From the NCBI GenBank assembly GCA_965237675.1, contig OZ250150.1, forward strand, positions 4,320,001 to 4,384,000: a stretch of DNA of 64,000 nucleotides. Direction: 5' to 3'. This document shows positions 9,839 to 18,046 of this stretch, piece after piece (position 1 is the first letter of the stretch; every line of letters starts with the position of its first letter). This stretch comes from Candidatus Latescibacterota bacterium. GTDB taxonomy: Bacteria > Latescibacterota > UBA2968 > GCA-2709665. Position numbers and translations under genes: made by a program. Below the pieces are notes generated by a model. The model was not told the origin of the DNA. It worked only from the letters and a program-made list of their open reading frames with translations, and ran no database searches.

Positions 9839-9840
9839 AC

Positions 9841-10611
9841 TTAGTGCCGCCTAATATACTGAAGCGCCTGTTGTGCCTTCATACGGACAGGAAACGAACC
9901 ATCTTCATGTTGAGTAATATCTGTTAAACTCATAGCCGTCAGGAGTTCAACCACTGTCTTATCTCCAACATGTCTAAGGGCCTCTACTGCTTGGCCCTTA
10001 ACAAAGTAATAAGGTTCCTGCCCGATCACATGCAATAGCCCTTGCCGGATTAAGTATTGATTTACTTCATCTTGCAAAAAGGGCCAGTTATGCTCAAACA
10101 TCAGGTCAATTGTTTTTGCCGCCGCCCCTGGACGAAACTCAAGATCGTTACGATAAAGAGCCTTCAAGACTGGTTGAAATGCAGGTTTCCCAATCTGAGC
10201 CAGACTCTTTGGAATTGTTAATCCACCCATGCCAAGATATTCCATTAGAAAAGGGACAAATCGAACATCTGCCTGATAAGCGGCCATATCTGTCACAACC
10301 ATATATGCCTCGCCGCACCCACCTAACTTGGGTAGTTGTCGGTATTTTCCATTTATGTGATGTTTATTGATCATATCCAATAACAATACCTTTAATCGCT
10401 CCGGCCAGGGTTCGTGTGGTAAAACACGTAATTGATTGACAACTTTATGATAATTCTCAGGTGTGCTTTTGTAGTAATGATTTTCCCACAAACTGATTGT
10501 CAGTTCGTTAGGAAATGTTCGCTTTGGCCCGCGTGTACCGTCGGGTTGAAGATATCGATCCGCACCAGCACTACCAACTATGATACTGAGAAGAACAATT
10601 AAGGTTTTCAT
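9841..10611 (-). CDS. secreted HEAT-repeat protein
   Basis: ATG 10611 with AAGGAG RBS; signal MKTLIVLLSIIVGSAGA; SLAQIGKPAF, ALRHVGDKTVVELL, VRMKAQQALQYI. Confidence 0.7.
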   Translation of the reverse strand: MKTLIVLLSIIVGSAGADRYLQPDGTRGPKRTFPNELTISLWENHYYKSTPENYHKVVNQLRVLPHEPWPERLKVLLLDMINKHHINGKYRQLPKLGGCGEAYMVVTDMAAYQADVRFVPFLMEYLGMGGLTIPKSLAQIGKPAFQPVLKALYRNDLEFRPGAAAKTIDLMFEHNWPFLQDEVNQYLIRQGLLHVIGQEPYYFVKGQAVEALRHVGDKTVVELLTAMSLTDITQHEDGSFPVRMKAQQALQYIRRH

Positions 10612-10622
10612 AGACACGCTCC

Positions 10623-10969
10623 TTACCATTGAATATGACCTTTCGTGTAATCAGAACCAGAAAATCCGGCCGGTTTTGTGGGGTAACTCGGTAGTCCAGT
10701 GTACCAGTTGTTAGCATTGTCGTAAAGATAGGTGCTAAGTCCAACAGCTGTTGCGGCCTGGTACACTCTGTAGTTCTCCGCACTAGTAGGTTCATCAAAG
10801 TCAATTGCTCTGCCATAAATATGCAGGCTTTCGTCCTCATGATCATTATCAACAGGACAGGCGTACCCTGCTGTATAATAGGGCGTGCCATTGTACCTTG
10901 CATCCACGCTTCTGGCATTTGTGTTAATCGTATTTAGAATACGATGAGTATGATGATTTCCATAATCAA
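10623..10969 (-). pseudogene. peptidase M15A (D-Ala-D-Ala Zn peptidase fold) C-terminal domain, 5' part removed at IS256
   Basis: TAGYACPVDN...SLHIYGRAIDF...GHIQW supplies the SxHxxGxAxD and distal H zinc ligands. Confidence 0.7.
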
Positions 10970-12356
10970 GAGATATTGTCAAATGTTGTGGATGGCGGCG
11001 AGCGCATCCTGATGGATTAGGCGGCGGCTTTGACGTCTCCATCCTGAAATTCAACGCCCTGGACGACGAGTTCAATGAGTTTGTGACTGTGTAACCGCTG
11101 CCAGTGTTTTTGGGCTTGGGTGGCCAGTTTGTAGACCATCATCATGGTGGCATTTCTAGAGCCGCATCCTTTGGTTTGGCGTGTGCGGTGGCGGACGGTG
11201 CTGAAGGTGGATTCAATGGGATTGGTGGTACGGAGGTGTCGCCAGTGGGGGGCTGGGAAATCGTAAAAGGTGAACAGCACGTCCTTGTCTTTTTCCAGGC
11301 AGGAGCAGGCCTTGGGGTATCTGGCTTCATACAGGGACAAGAAGTCCTCGTAGGCGCCCAGGGCATCCTCCCTGGTGGGTGACAGATACATCTGGTGGAG
11401 GCGCGCTTTGGCCTGTGCCTGGACGGTTTTGGGGAGGTTATCCAGCACGTTGGCACTCTTATGCACCCAGCAGCGCTGATGTCGTGTTTGAGGGAAGACT
11501 TCCTCCAGCGCTGCCCAGAACCCCAGACCGCCATCGCCAATGGCCAGGGCAGGCGCTTCTTTCAACCCTCTTCTTTTCAGGTCCGTCAGCACACCTTCCC
11601 ACGACAGCTTGCTTTCTCGGTGTCCATCTTCGATGGCCAGCAGTTCCTTACGGCCGTCCTTCGTGGCACCGATGATCACTAAGATACAGGGCCGGTCCGG
11701 TTCCAGCCGCACCTGGAAATAGATGCCATCGGCCCACACATACACGTAGTGCTTATCTGAGAGATCCCGATGTTTCCACTCTCGATATTCTTCATCCCAG
11801 ATCTGTTTGAGCCGAACAATGTTGGCTGGCGACAGGCCGACGGCATGCTCACCCAAAATCTCAGAAAGCGCCTCTGGGAAGGACGACGTGGAGACCCCCT
11901 TGAGATACAGCGCCGGAATCAACGCATCGATCGACGGTGCCCGACGCATATATCGCGGTAAAATGGCAGAACCGAACGTCTTGCCCTCACGCCTGTCGTG
12001 CACACGCGGCTGACGGATCTCAAGGTGTCCTACGCCCGTGATCAGTTCCCGCGGCTTGTGAGAACCATTCCTGACCACTTGCCGGTGACCACGTTCATCT
12101 TTCTCGTCTTGCAAGTTCTCGACATAGGCTTCCACTTCAAACTCCAACACGGCTTGCAGCATCCGCTTGGCCCCAACACGAATCAGGCCTTCCAGGCTCA
12201 ACGTCACTTCATCTTTGACTATCGTCTCAACTTCGGAGGCTGTATATTGTCTCATCGAGCGTATCCTTTCTCCCTCGTCTGAGGGATCTCGGGTTTGTTG
12301 TGAAACTATAGGATACGCTCTTTTTTTGCCTCATCCACAACTTTTGAATATACCTC
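10970..12356 (-). mobile_element. IS256-family insertion sequence
   Basis: Inverted repeats GAGATATTGTCAAATGTTGTGGATG / CATCCACAACTTTTGAATATACCTC; no target duplication. Confidence 0.9.
11017..12255 (-). CDS. IS256-family transposase
   Basis: RNG..PR, LYLKGVST, YVWADG, GDGGLG, QRCWVH, RTTNPIES. Confidence 0.95.
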   Translation of the reverse strand: MRQYTASEVETIVKDEVTLSLEGLIRVGAKRMLQAVLEFEVEAYVENLQDEKDERGHRQVVRNGSHKPRELITGVGHLEIRQPRVHDRREGKTFGSAILPRYMRRAPSIDALIPALYLKGVSTSSFPEALSEILGEHAVGLSPANIVRLKQIWDEEYREWKHRDLSDKHYVYVWADGIYFQVRLEPDRPCILVIIGATKDGRKELLAIEDGHRESKLSWEGVLTDLKRRGLKEAPALAIGDGGLGFWAALEEVFPQTRHQRCWVHKSANVLDNLPKTVQAQAKARLHQMYLSPTREDALGAYEDFLSLYEARYPKACSCLEKDKDVLFTFYDFPAPHWRHLRTTNPIESTFSTVRHRTRQTKGCGSRNATMMMVYKLATQAQKHWQRLHSHKLIELVVQGVEFQDGDVKAAA

Positions 12357-12785
12357 ATGGGGTCCACTTCCGGGACTCAATGTAAATAAGGGAATTTGGT
12401 ATGAGATTAATTGGAATAATGATTGCGGTCTTTCTACTAACAGTTCAGGTGATCGAGGCCAATTCAAAAATGTCCCAATTTCAATTGTATACGAAATGTC
12501 GGGGAGTACATCTCACGATTGAAGGTTTACCCGAACGTGCAGACCAAATAAACTTGACCTGGAAACAGGTATTGCAAACCGTAAAAGGAAGATTAAAAGC
12601 GGCTCGACTATATGTGCCCCGGAGTCCCGTCATTGGCGCGAATGAAGATATACACCCGGTCTTGTATGTGCATATCAATATATCCAGGACCGCTTTCAGT
12701 CTCGGAATTGAACTACGGAAGGTTGTCTCAGATGATTACTCGGGAGAGTCTGAATACGCAACGACCTGGCGGATAGGTATTCTAG

Positions 12786-14484
12786 CCTGACCTATTCATG
12801 AATCGTCACGGAATGCAGTATGAGGAAGCAGAAACAGCATCCGAGTGAAACGAGAACCGGAAGAAGAACGTAGCTGTGACGGATATGGCGTGTCAAAGCC
12901 GTTTGGGAGGCAGGTGCTGGCAGCCCCGTAGCGCCCAGGTGTCAACTTGACGTTCATGTCCGGATCCAAAGCACAAACGTGTGTATGGCCTTTGGTGGTG
13001 GCGATCAAAATGTGAAGGCGCGGTCAGCTCGACGATGCGTTATGGAACACACGTTGCCAGGTTGTAGAGGATCTTGCGATAAAGGTGTTTGAGTGGAAAC
13101 GCCGTTGGCAGATGGAACCTGATTTTTGTTTTCAACTCACAAACGCGCCCGGCGACTTTCAAGAGACGGTTTTGCAGGGTATTGAACTGTGCGTTCGTCC
13201 ACTTCGTGCCGCGCAACCCGGTTTGTGCCAAGGCGTGCATCAGGACATAGGCGGCGCTGTGGAGAAAGAGACGGAAGTGATTGGCCTGGAAGGTGTGACA
13301 AGAGGTGCGATCGGAATGGAGAAAGGTCTTGTGATTCTTGATGAAGTTTTCCATCCTGCCGCGTGCGCAATAGGCGGTTTTGTAGATGAATGACGGTTGG
13401 GCGCGCTTTAGGTTGGTGACCACGAATCGGATATTGTCTCCTTGCGGGGTGACTTCCGCCTTGCAGATGATGCGTTGTGGACAAGCCCATGTTTTCGCCT
13501 GATAGTCCCAGCAGTGATAAAGGCGCGTGGTTGTTCCGGAATCGGCATACAGCGCTTTGGCCTGGTCCATCAAGGACTGTGCCGAGCGCAGCAGTTTGGC
13601 GTTGCCGTTTTGTCCGAGGACAAAATACACATTCTGGTCTTCACACAACGCGTGCACTTCCGGACACGAAAAATGAGCATCGCCGCGCAACAGGATCGCC
13701 ACGTCGGGCCAGGCGCGGCGCAGGTAGGCGATCACCCGTTTGAGGATGGTGACGATCTCTTTACCCGTGGGCCGCCTGCCAGGACGCAAGACCGTCGTGA
13801 TCAACTTGCCCGTCTGGCCTTCATAGATATGCAGGGGCTGGTAGCAATAGCCATTGAAATACGCATTGAACAACGACAACTGTTGAGACCCATACACCTT
13901 GTCTTCCGTGTCATCGATATCCAACAGAATGGCTTCGGGCGGTTCCTCATACGAGGCGACAAACACATCCGCAAAGGCCTTGGCGATCCGATACAAATCG
14001 GTTCTGCTGATCCGGTTCTCGAACCGACTCATCGTGGGTTGACTGGCCAGATCCGCACCGGAAAGCGGCAACCGATCACAGGCCGCCTTGAAGCCGGGAT
14101 CCTCGCGCAACGTATTGCAATCGTTCGCGTCCTCATAGCCACAGGCCATCTGAAACACACGTTGTTTGACCAGATCCATCATCTGATGATGTACGTAACT
14201 TTGATGTCGACGATCCGTGAGCGCCGCAACCATCCTATGCAAAATCCCGGTTCTGGCCTCCACCTCACGAAGCAGCAGCACCCCGCTGTCGCTGGTCAGG
14301 ATGCCTCCGTCGAAGGTGGCTTCTACCGGCTTACCAGAAAGACTTGCGAAAGACACCCTGTGATGTGTATCTTGAACTCCCACGGTAGTTTCCTCCTGTT
14401 TCATTGTGTTATGGTTATTTGCGTAACCACAATATAATACAATGACTTGGGTAAGGAAACTACCTTTTTTGTGAATTATTCAGG
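12786..14484 (-). mobile_element. IS1380-family insertion sequence, copy B
   Basis: Ends CCTGACCTATTCAT / GTGAATTATTCAGG with a perfect CTAG target duplication. Confidence 0.92.
13040..14404 (-). CDS. IS1380-family transposase
   Basis: Same motifs as copy A; colinear but clearly diverged. Confidence 0.95.
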   Translation of the reverse strand: MKQEETTVGVQDTHHRVSFASLSGKPVEATFDGGILTSDSGVLLLREVEARTGILHRMVAALTDRRHQSYVHHQMMDLVKQRVFQMACGYEDANDCNTLREDPGFKAACDRLPLSGADLASQPTMSRFENRISRTDLYRIAKAFADVFVASYEEPPEAILLDIDDTEDKVYGSQQLSLFNAYFNGYCYQPLHIYEGQTGKLITTVLRPGRRPTGKEIVTILKRVIAYLRRAWPDVAILLRGDAHFSCPEVHALCEDQNVYFVLGQNGNAKLLRSAQSLMDQAKALYADSGTTTRLYHCWDYQAKTWACPQRIICKAEVTPQGDNIRFVVTNLKRAQPSFIYKTAYCARGRMENFIKNHKTFLHSDRTSCHTFQANHFRLFLHSAAYVLMHALAQTGLRGTKWTNAQFNTLQNRLLKVAGRVCELKTKIRFHLPTAFPLKHLYRKILYNLATCVP

Positions 14485-14823
14485 CTAGGAATACACGGAC
14501 ACCGAAATCAGTTCATCTTACGTATGGTTGACAAGTACACGGATATATTCATTAAAGAGTGGACCAAGGTCAATAAGCCAGGATGTCATGAAGAAAAGGC
14601 AGCCTCACCTGAACAGGGGCCGACAAAACCACCTGTACGGATTCGATAAGTCAATAAGCCGGCGACACGACCGCTTTCTCAGTTTGATCCACTTGACAAA
14701 CGAGAATAGGAACTTTCACTACCATTCACCACCACAAAAAAAGCACGCTTAAGACTACCTCCCGATGATTTCGGAATTTGGTTGACGTCCTCGAAGTTTG
14801 CCTGAAATCTTATGTACGCTAAC

Positions 14824-15885
14824 TCAACTCTCCACCTCCTCCGCAAGATCCACCCCAAACTCCACCCCGATTTCGCAGACCATTTCCCAGGTCGTCTCGT
14901 CCACCTCGATGCCCTCCGTGGCGCGGCGCTCCGCGGTCCTGAACTCCGGCTCTCCCGGTGCGAGGATTTCCTCGAATCCCGGTGCCAGCCGGCTGGATTT
15001 CACGTGACCCATCAATCCTTCCACCTCGTCGTAGAACGTCTCCAGATCCGTGAAGTGTTCGATGTCGTAGGCATTGATCAACACGCCATTGCTAATCATC
15101 TCCCGGTCGCCCGCCGCGCACCCCTGACCGCTCAGCGCCCCGCCCAACAACTCGACCATGATGCTCAACCCGTATCCCTTGTGACCCGCTGCTCCGCCCA
15201 ACGGCAAAATGGCGCCAGGTGGATCGTCCTTGAAATCGTCCGGATCCGTGGTGGGCTGACCCTTCGCGTCGATGAGCCACCCTTCCGGAACCTGCACGCC
15301 CTGGTTGATCGCCAACCGGATCTTGCCTTCGGCAACGACGGACGTCGTCATATCCACAAGAATCGGATCGTGGTCACGGCGCGGCGCCGCAAACGCGATC
15401 GGATTCGTACTCAACCTGCCGTCAATTCCCCCAAATGGCGCAATCTGATATCCCAACCGGCCGGCATTCACGAAAATCTGCCCGATCATCCCCGCCCTGG
15501 CAACCATTAACGGATACGCGCCCGCCCGTCCAATATGGCTCGTATTGCGCAGTACCACGGTAGCAATGCCGCTCCGGCGGGCTTTCTCCATCGCCAGCCG
15601 GGTGGCAAACGTCGCCCCAACCTGGCCCATCGCGCCGCCGCCGTCCACGACCGCTGTACACGCGCGTTCGTTCACCACCTCGGGAGACGCATTCGGGTTG
15701 AACCGGCCGTCCTGCACCGCCTTCGCGTACTCGTAAAAACGGATGGCGCCGTGGGAATCGTGCCCGTACAGATTGGAATCCACCAGATGGTCCACCACCG
15801 TCCGCGCGTCCTCGTCGCGGCATCCTGCCGCCCGGAACAGCGTATACCCCACCTCTCGCAACACATCGGGCTTGAACCTTGGCAC
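14824..15885 (-). CDS. Ldh_2 family (malate/L-lactate/ureidoglycolate) dehydrogenase
   Basis: GHDSHG, SHIGRAG, TNPIAFAAP, GHKGYGL, PGEPE; GTG 15885 with AAGGAG RBS. Confidence 0.9.
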   Translation of the reverse strand: MPRFKPDVLREVGYTLFRAAGCRDEDARTVVDHLVDSNLYGHDSHGAIRFYEYAKAVQDGRFNPNASPEVVNERACTAVVDGGGAMGQVGATFATRLAMEKARRSGIATVVLRNTSHIGRAGAYPLMVARAGMIGQIFVNAGRLGYQIAPFGGIDGRLSTNPIAFAAPRRDHDPILVDMTTSVVAEGKIRLAINQGVQVPEGWLIDAKGQPTTDPDDFKDDPPGAILPLGGAAGHKGYGLSIMVELLGGALSGQGCAAGDREMISNGVLINAYDIEHFTDLETFYDEVEGLMGHVKSSRLAPGFEEILAPGEPEFRTAERRATEGIEVDETTWEMVCEIGVEFGVDLAEEVES

Positions 15886-16260
15886 GTTAACTCCTTCCGG
15901 CAAAAAGTATAAGGCCGCGCCCGGCATCAGCGCCGAGCCCGGCTCGCACGAGATAATTTACCCGCCTTCTGTGTTTCAGCGATACAGCCGAACGATAATC
16001 CTTTTCCCGGCCAGGATCAAGCACAAAGCGACTGTATCGTCGCGACTGCGGAAAGCCATCCGGCAGATGCCTGGCGTATCACCCCATGCCACACTCGCGC
16101 TCGGATCACACGGCCAGCTGATGACACAGGTACGGGCTTCTGCAACGTCCTAACCTGATTAATTCATGCAATTGCCACGTTTAGCTGCTTTATTCGCGAA
16201 TCAATCATCCCCGGCCCCCACATTATGGCTTGTCAAGCCGTTGAGGATGCGGGTGTGAAG

Positions 16261-16567
16261 GTGGGGCAGACATTCCTGTCTGCCCTTCTCGTGTTTACGC
16301 AACGCTTCGTTCGACTCCCCCTCTCCTCGCAGGAGAGGGGGCCGGGGGGAGAGGTCCTTCTGCCGCAATGCACACACAAGAATGGCTTGCGCCGCCTATA
16401 TAGTGTAGGGGCGACCGGCCCGGTCGCCCCTACACGTGGTCACGCATTCAGGCTTTTGTGGGATCTTCCCACTCGGTGTCAGTCCACGGTTCGGGGTGGC
16501 GTACCCGGACACAGGATTCTGAGATTTCGGCTTGATGTATGTGAGCAGACAAGAATGTCTGCTCCAC
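16261..16567. repeat. cluster of REP-like palindromes
   Basis: GTGGGGCAGACATTCCTGTCTGCCC (16261) and its inverted partner (16543-16567); CCCCTCTCC-TCGCA-GGAGAGGGG (about 16317); GTAGGGGCGACCGGCCCGGTCGCCCCTAC (16405). Confidence 0.75.
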
Positions 16568-16667
16568 CTTTTAAAGCTTTTATTCGACGTATCGCTTGAG
16601 CGCACCAACCATCCGAGACAAGACGTCTGTACTTACTTCCACTTCCCGCAACAGCATGTTGTCACTG

Positions 16668-17690
16668 TCACCTGTCTTCGTGCGAATGTGCATTGTACGT
16701 CTGTATCCTGTATTGTGCCGCGGTCATTTGGTGTTCCGACATGCGAAGCTGAAAATACTGTCGGCCGATGCCGCTTTTTTTGGCTGCTCGAGACACGTTT
16801 CCACCCGTCTCAACCAGCGCCCGGTGCAGATACTCTTGTGTGAACCGGTCCATGCAGATCCTTCGGGCGTCTTTGTACGGCAGACTGTAAATGCCACGGT
16901 CCGATCTTATCTCCGCGTCTTTAACCTCGGAGGGCAGGTCATCCGGCGTGATGACGTCTCGCTCCGTAAGCGCCAGCGCGCCAGCGATGGTGTGAGCGAG
17001 TTCTCTGATATTGCCGGGCCAGTCATAGCCCTCCAGCAAGGCGCCGGTTTCGGGAGCTATCCTGCAAGCCGTTTTTCCGAGGTCACTGAACTGATCCAGA
17101 AAGTGGTCGACCAGGAGCGGAATATCGCTTCGACGTTCCCTTAGCGCGGGCAGATGCAGATGAATGACCCGGAGACGGTAATATAGATCGCGACGAAACC
17201 GCCCCGCTTCAACACCCTGCTTCAAGTCACTATTCGTTGCCGCGACCACCCGGATACCCGCTCGTTTCCATCGGTGATCTCCAACCGTCCGGTATTCGCC
17301 CTCCTGTATCAGGCGCAGCAACTGCCGCTGCAGTGCCTCATCGAGTTCACCCACTTCATCGAAAAAGAGCGTTCCGCCTCTCGCAACCCCCACCAACCCA
17401 GGACGGGACTCCGTGGCGCCCGTGAATGCCCCCCTGACATGCCCGAACAGTTCGCTCCGACCCATTTCCTTGGCCAACATCCCACAGTCCACAACCACGA
17501 ATGGCGCGTCCGCCCGGGGGCTCCGATCATGGATTTCACAGGCGAGGAGTTCCTTCCCGGTTCCTGACTCTCCCGTGACCAGAACAGGTAATTCGCTCTC
17601 CCCGGCGCGGCCGGCGAGTTTTCGCACCGCGCCGAAGGCGGGATGGACGCCCACCATCGGGACGTTTCTGCAACCGGACTTCTCAGGCAT
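16668..17690 (-). CDS. sigma54-dependent activator lacking an N-terminal sensory domain
   Basis: GESGTGKE, SELFGHVRGAFTGA, FRRDLYYRL, WPGNIREL, Fis-type HTH. Confidence 0.9.
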   Translation of the reverse strand: MPEKSGCRNVPMVGVHPAFGAVRKLAGRAGESELPVLVTGESGTGKELLACEIHDRSPRADAPFVVVDCGMLAKEMGRSELFGHVRGAFTGATESRPGLVGVARGGTLFFDEVGELDEALQRQLLRLIQEGEYRTVGDHRWKRAGIRVVAATNSDLKQGVEAGRFRRDLYYRLRVIHLHLPALRERRSDIPLLVDHFLDQFSDLGKTACRIAPETGALLEGYDWPGNIRELAHTIAGALALTERDVITPDDLPSEVKDAEIRSDRGIYSLPYKDARRICMDRFTQEYLHRALVETGGNVSRAAKKSGIGRQYFQLRMSEHQMTAAQYRIQTYNAHSHEDR

Positions 17691-17791
17691 GTTTCGGTAC
17701 CGGAACCGCCCGACCGGGAGCGGCGGGGGGATATCGTCTTAAATTGCGGTACGCCGCCAAATGGCGCACACGAATTCCAATGAATCCGTCG

Positions 17792-17808
17792 CGCAAACAT
17801 CGTGCCTG
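17792..17808 (-). promoter_or_regulatory. sigma54 (-24/-12) promoter
   Basis: Minus strand CAGGCACG-ATGT-TTGCG, exact GG-N10-GC spacing, about 100 bp upstream of the 17690 start. Confidence 0.7.
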
Positions 17809-17962
17809 GAATTAAAAAAACGCCCCGGTTCATCGCAGACGCTTACGAAACAACGTTTTATACATTCAACCGTTATGTGTGTTCAACCTGGATTTGTCTC
17901 TTCCGGTGTTTCCTCACGTAGACACCCATTTAACCGGGAACAACAACATCGCCGGTCGTGGG

Positions 17963-18012
17963 TGTAACCTGTTGATACAGTTGAGCAAATCAACTGTCAA
18001 CGCGAGTTGACA
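17963..18012. promoter_or_regulatory. candidate enhancer (activator-binding) palindromes
   Basis: TGT-N11-ACA (17963-17979), ACAGTTGA-N5-TCAACTGT (17977-17997) and TGTCAAC-N4-GTTGACA (17995-18012). Confidence 0.55.
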
Positions 18013-18046
18013 TGCGTCTTCAGAAATGCCGGCCCGTTAACAGGCG

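Larger units (their letters stand above)
12401..14649 (+). pseudogene. exported protein gene interrupted by IS1380 (12401-12785 + 14489-14649)
   Basis: Signal peptide. Excising the IS and one CTAG gives a 546-nt ORF: ...ATTWRIGILGIHGHRNQFILRMVDKYTDIFIKEWTKVNKPGC...*. Confidence 0.8.

Noticed and set aside
10970-11075. N-terminus of the 150-aa ORF 10623-11075
   Set aside because: It lies inside the IS256 end and is not part of the native M15 gene.
3700-14700. Integron cassette array
   Set aside because: No integrase and no recurring attC-like RYYYAAC...GTTRRRY structures were recognised; genes are in mixed orientation.
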